Below are positions 1 to 6,709 of a DNA stretch of 64,000 nt, piece after piece. Under the pieces are notes generated by a model. It searched no databases. It had not been told where the DNA came from and was given only the letters and a program-made list of their open reading frames with translations. The translations under genes and the position numbers were made by a program. The DNA comes from an uncultured Actinomycetota bacterium (GTDB lineage Bacteria > Actinomycetota > Actinomycetes > Streptosporangiales > Streptosporangiaceae), in assembly GCA_963843745.1 (NCBI GenBank), contig CAWJLP010000005.1, positions 214,014-278,013 of the forward strand. The letters are read 5' to 3'. How positions within the stretch are numbered: the stretch's first letter is position 1; each line of letters opens with the position of its first letter.

Positions 1-212
1 TCGTCGGTGGCAAACGCCCCGACCAACCGGAAAATGCCGGAGATGATCAGCTGAATGCCGAACAGCACCGCCAGGACGAGCAGCGTCTCGCTGGGCCAGG
101 CCAGCACCGCGATGCCTGCTATCAGGGTGAGAAGGCCGTAAGCGAACAGCCAGCCCCAGTGCCGGCCGAGGCGGCCGACCATGTCCGCGGGTTCCTGCGC
201 CGTCTGGGTCAC
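1..212 (-). CDS. HdeD/DUF308-like membrane protein, N-terminal part (gene runs off the window start)
   Basis: My translation of the minus strand gives VTQTAQEPADMVGRLGRHWGWLFAYGLLTLIAGIAVLAWPSETLLVLAVLFGIQLIISGIFRLVGAFATD. These are Gly-rich hydrophobic helices as in DUF308. The start is GTG at 212 or ATG at 182. Confidence 0.5.
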   Translation of the reverse strand, partial: MTQTAQEPADMVGRLGRHWGWLFAYGLLTLIAGIAVLAWPSETLLVLAVLFGIQLIISGIFRLVGAFATD

Positions 213-358
213 AGCGATCTCCCACTCGTCACTGCCGGAAGGTGGCGTCTCACGCAGACTTTATCGTCACCATGCCTGGTCTTTAAACCTTCTTGACCTT
301 TAGTGGCGGCGCCACTGCCCGCGCGGTACTTTGTCGTAGACGTGAGGGGGTAAGGAAG

Positions 359-649
359 ATGCCCGTTTTCATGGTGGAACGCCGGTTCGCTGAAGATCTG
401 GAGGCCTCGGCGGAACAGGCCGACCAGATCAACAGGATCAACGAGTCAGAAGGGGTGCGCTGGCTGTACTCGTTCCTGTCGGCGGACAAGCGCAAGACGT
501 ACTGCCTGTACGAGGCGCCGTTCGCCGACGCGATCAAGCGGGCGGCGGAGCGCGCGGGACTGCCCGCCGACTCGATCGTCGAGGTCACCGGCGTGGTGCT
601 GCCCGACGGCTCGCGGGGCCGCATTCCCGAAGAGGTGTCCGCCGACTAG
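359..649 (+). CDS. DUF4242-like small protein
   Basis: Lies within ORF 293..649. The conserved-looking core starts MPVFMVERRF at ATG 359, preceded by AGGAAG. Codon usage is high in GC3. The family name is from memory. Confidence 0.65.
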   Translation: MPVFMVERRFAEDLEASAEQADQINRINESEGVRWLYSFLSADKRKTYCLYEAPFADAIKRAAERAGLPADSIVEVTGVVLPDGSRGRIPEEVSAD

Positions 650-3600
650 CGCGACGGGGCGGAAACCGGATCGGAGATCCAGCCCCTGGTCACGGCCAGC
701 GTGGCGGCCTGGGTCCGGTTAGCGGCGCCGGTCTTGAGGAGGATGCTGCGCACGTGGTTGGCGGCGGTGTTCTCGGCGATCTTGAGGCGGGAGGCGATCT
801 CCCTGTTGCTGCTTCCCGCGGCGAGCAGCCGGAGCACCGCGATCTCCCGCGGCGTCAGCCCGGCCGCGCCCGGGCCATCCTGGCCGCCGCGTTCGTCTGT
901 CCCGGCACCCGGTGCGGCGTCCAGCTGGTCGAGCAGCCGCAGCACCCGCTCCTGCCCGGTGCTGGCCGCCATCCGACGTGCCTCCGCCCGCATCTCGGTC
1001 ATCCGCGTCCGCGCATCAGCGTCCCCGGCGGCGGCGCCAAGATGGGCCGCCCACGCGGTGAGCGTCGAGGCCCGGTGGATCAGCGCGCCGAAGCCGGTCG
1101 CCTGCGCCAGCGCCGCCGCGAACAGCCTGTCCGCCGAGTCGCGGTCGCCAAGCAGCGAGTCGAGCGCGGCGAGATACGCGTCGGCCGGGCCGAACACCGC
1201 GACGAACTGCCCGGCAATCAACTGCTTCCCCGAATAGGGGGCGAGCAGCGGTCGAAGCCGCCGCGCCGCGGAGACGTCACCAAGCGCCAGCGCCGCCTCC
1301 ACGAGAAACACGAGCACCGCGGTCCACTGAGCCCACGGCGTCTGCCTGGCCGCCGCTTCGTCAATGCGGTCAAGCAACTGCCATAGCAGGTCGCGGGCAT
1401 CGTCGGCGAGCCCGAGTTCCGTGTACAGCGCGAGCAGTCCAGGCTCCCACGTGCCCGATGACTGGCGGATGGCGCCGAGCAGCGGCCGGACCTGCTCCAG
1501 GCCGCCGGTTTCCCGGCGGATCATGTACATCTGCAGCCCGTAGGTGCCCTCGGTGTCGTCAGGTCCGAACGACCGCCCGAGTTCCAGCAGGTCCTCCGCT
1601 ATCCGCCCGGCGGCGGCGAAGTCGCCGGCGAGGAACGCGTGCGCGTAGTCGCCGGAGCGGAGCATGAAGGTGATGAACGGCTGCCCGCTGCCGCGCACCG
1701 ACAGCTCCAGGTCCGCGGCCGCCTCCGTCCAGGCGGCCCGGTCGGCGTGAATGTAGGCGATCGCGCAGCGGAACACCGCCGCCGTGCCGAGCGCGAACCA
1801 GTCCTGGGCTTCTCTGGCGAGCGGCGTGAGCTCGGTGGCCAGCTTCAGGTGCCCGCCGACAGAGTCCGGCCTGGCGCGCTGCCACATCATCGTCCCCAGC
1901 GCGTGCCGCAGCAGCTGGCGGTCCCCCAGCCGGCGTGCCGCCCCGAGAGCAAGGTCGGCCAGGCGCCGGGAGCGCTCGGCGTCGCCGGTGAACGAGGTGG
2001 CGCGCCCGAGGCTGGCCAGCGCCCACACGTACCGCGGGTCGTCGAGGTCCTCGGGAACGCCCTCGAGCGCGTGGGCCAGCAGGGCGCGGGCCTGGGTGCC
2101 CGGCAGCCCAGGGCGCCAGGCCGCGTTCTCGTAGCCGATGGCGGCGCGGAGCCGCAGCCGGGGGTCGTGGGAGCCGGTCAGCCGCAGGTACTCGGTCCGC
2201 GCGCTGGCGAAGTCGCCAGCCCGGACGTAGGCGTCCGCGGCGTCGAACCACAGCTCCTCGCGATTGGGGTCCGATCCCCCTGCCAAGTCGGCCGCCTGCG
2301 TGTACCAGGCGGCCGCGTCTTCGAACGCCAGGCTCCGCTCGGCCTCTCTGGCCGCGAGCCGCAGGTAGCCCGCCGCGGTGTCGCCGTGGCCAAGGGCCGC
2401 GGCCCGCGCGAAATGGTGGGCGAGCTGCCTGATCACCATTGGCGACCCGGATCCTGAGGCCTGCAGCACCTCCCCCACCCGCGCGTGCAGCCCCGCCAGA
2501 CGGGAAGGATCGATCAGGTCGAGCACCGCCTGCCTGGTCAGCGTGTGCGGGAAGGCGATCCGGCCGCGGCCAAGCTCCCCGCCGTCCAGCAGCCCGAACC
2601 GCACGGCGGCGTCGAGCGCCGCCAGCACCGTCGCCGCGTCCACGGCGCACGCCCGGATCAGGACGCGCACCTCACCGCCGTCGCCGAGGACCGCCGCGGT
2701 CTCCGCCACGGCGCGCTCGGATGCCGCCAGCCGGGACAGCCGCCGCTGCAGCGTGTCCCGGACCGAGACCGGCGCCCTGGCGCCGAGGGCTCGCGTCGGC
2801 GGCCCGCCGGCACCCGCGCCGGTGAACGCGTCCGAGCCCGCCAGGTCCCGCCACAGCTCGCGCAGGAAGAACGGGTTCCCGCCGGTCTGGTCGCGCAGCA
2901 CGGTGGCGTACTCCCGCGCCCGGCGCTCGCTCAGCCTGCCCTCCGTCGCCAGGTACTGGGCGACCTCCTCGACGCTGAGCCCGGCCAGGTCGAGCCGGCG
3001 CACGCCGTCCAGCCGGTACAGGTCCGCGATCGCGAAGGTGAGGTCGTCGCTGCGGTCCGGCGCGGTCGTGCGGTGCGTGCACAGCACCAGCAGCCGCGTC
3101 GCGGTCCTGGCGGACCGCTGCGCCACGTGGTCGAGCAGCTGCAGGGTGGGCTGCCCGGCCCAGTGCAGGTCGTCGAGGACGCACACCACGGGCCGGTCCT
3201 CGCCGACGGCGTGCAGCAGCGCCGTGATCGCGTCGAACAGTTCCCGCCGGTGGTCCCCGCCGTCCACGGCGGGCGCGAGCAGCTCCGGCCGGTGCCGCCA
3301 GACCAGCGGCGTCAGCCGCAGCAGCTCCGCCGCCGAGTCAGGCAGGCAGTGGGCGAGCGCCCCGGACTGGGTGCCGCCGAGCAGCTGCTCGAGGCACTCG
3401 GCGAACGGCTGGTAGGGACCGCCAGGCTCGGGCGAGCAGGTCCCGAGCAGCACGACGGCGCCCTGGCGGTACACCGCCGAGGCGATCTCCGCCGCCAGCC
3501 GCGACTTGCCCGCGCCGGGCTCGCCGCCGATAAAGATGACCTGCCGCCCCCCGGCACGGACCGCCGCCCATGCCTCCTCCGCGGCGGACGTCTCGGCGGC

Positions 3601-3672
3601 GCGCCCCACGAACGCGGGAATCGCCGCCCCGGCTGCGCGGATCGGATACGGCGGCGCATCCCAAGCCGCCAT
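646..3672 (-). CDS. LAL-type (large ATP-binding LuxR family) transcriptional regulator
   Basis: 1008-aa ORF. It has an N-terminal P-loop (GGEPGAGKSRLA), a Walker B-like VLDDLHWA, a long TPR-like helical middle and a C-terminal LuxR HTH (LTPREIAVLRLLAAGSSNREIASRLKIAENTAANHVRSILLK). Confidence 0.9.
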   Translation of the reverse strand: MAAWDAPPYPIRAAGAAIPAFVGRAAETSAAEEAWAAVRAGGRQVIFIGGEPGAGKSRLAAEIASAVYRQGAVVLLGTCSPEPGGPYQPFAECLEQLLGGTQSGALAHCLPDSAAELLRLTPLVWRHRPELLAPAVDGGDHRRELFDAITALLHAVGEDRPVVCVLDDLHWAGQPTLQLLDHVAQRSARTATRLLVLCTHRTTAPDRSDDLTFAIADLYRLDGVRRLDLAGLSVEEVAQYLATEGRLSERRAREYATVLRDQTGGNPFFLRELWRDLAGSDAFTGAGAGGPPTRALGARAPVSVRDTLQRRLSRLAASERAVAETAAVLGDGGEVRVLIRACAVDAATVLAALDAAVRFGLLDGGELGRGRIAFPHTLTRQAVLDLIDPSRLAGLHARVGEVLQASGSGSPMVIRQLAHHFARAAALGHGDTAAGYLRLAAREAERSLAFEDAAAWYTQAADLAGGSDPNREELWFDAADAYVRAGDFASARTEYLRLTGSHDPRLRLRAAIGYENAAWRPGLPGTQARALLAHALEGVPEDLDDPRYVWALASLGRATSFTGDAERSRRLADLALGAARRLGDRQLLRHALGTMMWQRARPDSVGGHLKLATELTPLAREAQDWFALGTAAVFRCAIAYIHADRAAWTEAAADLELSVRGSGQPFITFMLRSGDYAHAFLAGDFAAAGRIAEDLLELGRSFGPDDTEGTYGLQMYMIRRETGGLEQVRPLLGAIRQSSGTWEPGLLALYTELGLADDARDLLWQLLDRIDEAAARQTPWAQWTAVLVFLVEAALALGDVSAARRLRPLLAPYSGKQLIAGQFVAVFGPADAYLAALDSLLGDRDSADRLFAAALAQATGFGALIHRASTLTAWAAHLGAAAGDADARTRMTEMRAEARRMAASTGQERVLRLLDQLDAAPGAGTDERGGQDGPGAAGLTPREIAVLRLLAAGSSNREIASRLKIAENTAANHVRSILLKTGAANRTQAATLAVTRGWISDPVSAPSR

Positions 3673-3827
3673 GCGCTCAATGTAACCGCGCAGGCCACAG
3701 CGGTCGATAGCCAGAATTGGCTACCCGGCCCCTGGCACGCGGTACCAGGACTGGTCATGACGCGGACCGGCGCCCGTCCTTAGCGTGAGCCCAAGTCACG
3801 GAAAGCATGACAAAGGGGGAACCTCTC

Positions 3828-5195
3828 ATGTCCACCACCGCACTGCGGAAGCTCGTCACCGGACCCGTCATCGGACCAGAAGACGCCGAGTACGAGGACG
3901 CCCGCCACGTGTACAACTTCATGATCGACGCCAGGCCGGACGCCATCGTCGGCTGCGCCACCGCCGAGGACGTGCAGGCCGCCGTGTCGCACGCCGTCGC
4001 CACCGGCCGTGCCGTCGCGGTCCGCGGCGGCGGGCACAGCGTGCCCGGGTTCGGCACCGCCGACGACGCGATCGTGGTCGACCTGTCCGGCCTGACCCGC
4101 ATCGAGGTCGACCCCGCGAGCCACACCGCGCGGGTGGGCGGCGGTGCCACCTGGGGCATGATGAACGACGCCACCATGGCTCACGGGCTGGCCACCACCG
4201 GGGGCATCGTCGCGAGCACCGGCGTCGGCGGCCTCACCCTCGGCGGCGGCATCGGCTACCTGACCCGGGCGCACGGCCTGTCCTGCGACAACCTAGTCTC
4301 CGCGCAGGTCGTGCTGGCCGACGGCAGGATCGTCACCGCCAGCGAGCGCGAGCACCCCGACCTGTTCTGGGCACTGCGCGGCGGCGGCGGCAACTTCGGC
4401 GTCGTCACCGAGTTCACCTTCCGGCTGCACCCGGTGCCTGAGAACATCTACGGCGGGCTGATCCTCTTCGAGCGGGAGGCGGCGGGCGACCTGTTCCGCT
4501 ACTTCGACCGGTTCATCGACGACGCGCCCCGCGAGTACGGCGGCTACCCGGCCTGGCACCTGGCGCCGCCGCTGCCGTTCATCCCCGAGGACCGGGTCGG
4601 CGAGCCGTTCCCCGTCCTGGTCTCCTGCTGGACCGGCGACCACGACGAGGGCGCGAAGGTGCTGCAGGGCTTCCGCGAGGTGGGCCCGGTCATGGCCGAG
4701 CACGTCGGCGCGATCCCCTACACCGTGCTGAACTCGCTGCTCGATCCGCTGCTGCCGCGCGGCCTGCAGCACTACTGGAAGGCGGTCTTCACCGGCGACC
4801 TCACCGACGAGGTGATCGCCGTGCACGCCGAGCACGCGCAGCGGATGCCGGCCGTCAACTGCGCGGTGCACCTGTACCCGGTCAACGGCGCCGTCCACGA
4901 CGTGGCCCCCGACGCGACCGCGTGGGGGCACCGGGACGCGAAATACGCCACCGTGCTCGCCGGGATGTGGCCCGACCCGGCGGACAACGCGGCGAACATC
5001 GCCTGGGTGAAGGACTACTACGCGGCGCTCGCGCCGCACTCGCTGGCCGGGGGCTACGTCAACTTCGCCTCAGGCGACGACCAGGCGAGGGTCCGCGACA
5101 ACTTCGGCGCCGGCTACGAGCAGCTCGCGCTGGTCAAGCGGGCCTATGACCCCGGCAACGTATTCCACCTCAACCAGAACATCATCCCCGCCTGA
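3828..5195 (+). CDS. FAD-binding (PCMH-type) oxidoreductase with BBE-like C-terminus
   Basis: Lies within ORF 3807..5195. ATG 3828 follows AAAGGGGGA. It has FAD_binding_4-like motifs (VAVRGGGHSVPG, GGLTLGGGIGYL) and a C-terminal YDPGNVFHLNQNI typical of the BBE domain. Confidence 0.85.
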   Translation: MSTTALRKLVTGPVIGPEDAEYEDARHVYNFMIDARPDAIVGCATAEDVQAAVSHAVATGRAVAVRGGGHSVPGFGTADDAIVVDLSGLTRIEVDPASHTARVGGGATWGMMNDATMAHGLATTGGIVASTGVGGLTLGGGIGYLTRAHGLSCDNLVSAQVVLADGRIVTASEREHPDLFWALRGGGGNFGVVTEFTFRLHPVPENIYGGLILFEREAAGDLFRYFDRFIDDAPREYGGYPAWHLAPPLPFIPEDRVGEPFPVLVSCWTGDHDEGAKVLQGFREVGPVMAEHVGAIPYTVLNSLLDPLLPRGLQHYWKAVFTGDLTDEVIAVHAEHAQRMPAVNCAVHLYPVNGAVHDVAPDATAWGHRDAKYATVLAGMWPDPADNAANIAWVKDYYAALAPHSLAGGYVNFASGDDQARVRDNFGAGYEQLALVKRAYDPGNVFHLNQNIIPA

Positions 5196-5198
5196 CCT

Positions 5199-5242
5199 GG
5201 GCCGCGGCCTGCTCTCCTGACGTCAGGCGAGCAGGCCGCGGC
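5199..5242. terminator. GC-rich hairpin between convergent genes (bidirectional terminator candidate)
   Basis: ggccgcggcctgctc / gagcaggccgcggcc form a 15-bp perfect stem around a loop that contains the palindrome cctgacgtcagg. The hairpin sits between the stop codons at 5195 (+) and 5286 (-). Confidence 0.6.
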
Positions 5243-5285
5243 CGTACCTCGCCGGCGATGTGACCGAGGCCACGTCGAGCGCGGT

Positions 5286-6188
5286 TCACTGGCTGAGAGA
5301 CTCGTCCCACCAGGCCTGATGCGCCATCGACTGGTCGGCCGCCGGGCCAAGCCCGGTGAGCGCCTTGGCGTACCGCTCGTCGGTCAGCGCGATCACCGGC
5401 ACGTCGGCGCCCGCCGCGGCGGCGACGCTCGCGGCGATGTGGACGTCCTTGGCCAGCAGCCCGAGCGCGAACCCGGTCCCGTAGCGGCCGGTCAGCACCT
5501 CCGTGTCGAAGATCCCGCTGACGAAGGACCGGCCGGTCGAGGCGTTGACGATATCGATCATGGTCCTGGGGTCCAGGCCGAACCGCTTGCCGACGACGAG
5601 GGCCTCGGCGGTCACGCAGGTCGTGGCGGCGGCGATGACGTTGTTCAGCGCCTTCATCGCGTGCCCGCTGCCCAGCCGGCCGGTCGCGAACTGCCTGGCC
5701 GGGTCGCCGAGAACGCGCAGCACGTACTGAGCCGCGGCCACGTCGGCCGGCGCGCCGCCGACCATGACGGCCAGCTCGCCGGTGACCGCCCGCGGCACGC
5801 CACCGGACACCGGCGCGTCCACCATCCGCACGCCGAGCGGTCCGAGGCCCGTGGCGAGCAACAGCGTGTCGGACGGGTCGGATGAGCTCATCTCGACCAG
5901 CAGCGCGCCGTCCGGCAGGGCGGCGGCGATCCCCCAGCCGAGCATCGCGTCCCGCACGATCGCGCCGTTGGGCAGCATCGTTATCACGAGGCCCGCGGGC
6001 GCGAACGCGTCAGGGGAGGCGGCGGCGACGGCGCCGGGATGCTCAGCGGCGAACCGGTCCTGCTTCGCGGCCTCGATGTCGCGGACGACCAGCCGGAAGC
6101 CGGCCGCGTGCAGGTTCCCCGCCATCGGCCAGCCCATGTTGCCCAGGCCCACGAAGCCCACGGTCACCTGCTGTTCCGGAACGCTCAT
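5286..6188 (-). CDS. NAD(P)-dependent oxidoreductase, 3-hydroxyisobutyrate dehydrogenase family
   Basis: 300-aa ORF with an N-terminal Rossmann motif (VGFVGLGNMGWPMAGNL) and HIBADH-like central and C-terminal regions. Confidence 0.85.
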   Translation of the reverse strand: MSVPEQQVTVGFVGLGNMGWPMAGNLHAAGFRLVVRDIEAAKQDRFAAEHPGAVAAASPDAFAPAGLVITMLPNGAIVRDAMLGWGIAAALPDGALLVEMSSSDPSDTLLLATGLGPLGVRMVDAPVSGGVPRAVTGELAVMVGGAPADVAAAQYVLRVLGDPARQFATGRLGSGHAMKALNNVIAAATTCVTAEALVVGKRFGLDPRTMIDIVNASTGRSFVSGIFDTEVLTGRYGTGFALGLLAKDVHIAASVAAAAGADVPVIALTDERYAKALTGLGPAADQSMAHQAWWDESLSQ

Positions 6189-6273
6189 CGCTACCGCCGT
6201 TCTCTTCCTTTTGCCGGTCTTTCGCCTCGATTGTGATCGCCGGCCGCGGGGTTGGCCAGCTACCGGAGATGGC

Positions 6274-6693
6274 TCACCCGAGGAATGACTCCACGTGGGA
6301 GACGAACGCCGCCTGGTCCTGGAACAGGAAGGCGTGCCCGGCGCCGGGGAACAGGGTGAGCCGCGCGCCGGGGATCAGTCCGGCGAGGGTGCGGCTGCTG
6401 ACGGCGGGATCGAGCTGGTCCGCCGCGCCGTCGGCGATGAGCGTGGGAGCGGTGATCAGCGCGCTGGCCTGGTTCGCCATGGCGTCGACGCCGGCCAGCG
6501 CCGGCAGCGCCGCCGTTCCGCCGAGGCCGGCGTTGTCGAAGATCACCACGCGATACCGCTGAGCCAGGCGTCGACCAGCCGCGGGTCCCAGGTCTCCATG
6601 GTGCCGCCGTAGCCCATGACCAGGACCAGCGGCAGTCCGCTGCCGACGGCGCGGTAGGCGACGGTGATCCCACGTCGGCGTGCGTGAGGTCAC
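6274..6693 (-). pseudogene. Decayed alpha/beta-hydrolase gene (frameshifts plus loss of the nucleophile-elbow segment)
   Basis: GLPLVLVMGYGGTMETWDPRLVDA reads in one minus frame. LAQRYRVVIFDNAGLGGT...APTLIADGAADQLDP...FPGAGHAFLFQDQAAFVSHVESFL reads in another, consistent with a 1-nt loss near gacgcc/tggctc. There is no GxSxG region between the FDNAG block and the C-terminal His block. Confidence 0.7.
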
Positions 6694-6709
6694 CCGCGTT
6701 CCGGTACGG

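Noticed and set aside
1559-2650. Long ORFs antisense to or overlapping well-supported genes. Examples are 1559..2650, 2485..3783, 8231..9661, 16061..17707, 25097..27043, 26893..28617, 30656..32554, 32894..34876, 36654..39359, 40062..41036, 42212..43462, 49477..50961, 51361..52689, 54273..55733 and 59423..60952.
   Set aside because: They are Arg/Pro/Gly/Ala-rich shadow ORFs of the kind expected on the non-coding frames of very GC-rich genes. Each overlaps a gene with clear family motifs, and none shows a recognisable motif of its own.
3807-3827. The earlier ATG (3807) as the start of the FAD-binding oxidoreductase.
   Set aside because: ATG 3828 has a much better placed purine-rich ribosome-binding site (AAAGGGGGA). 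I cannot exclude 3807 without N-terminal data.
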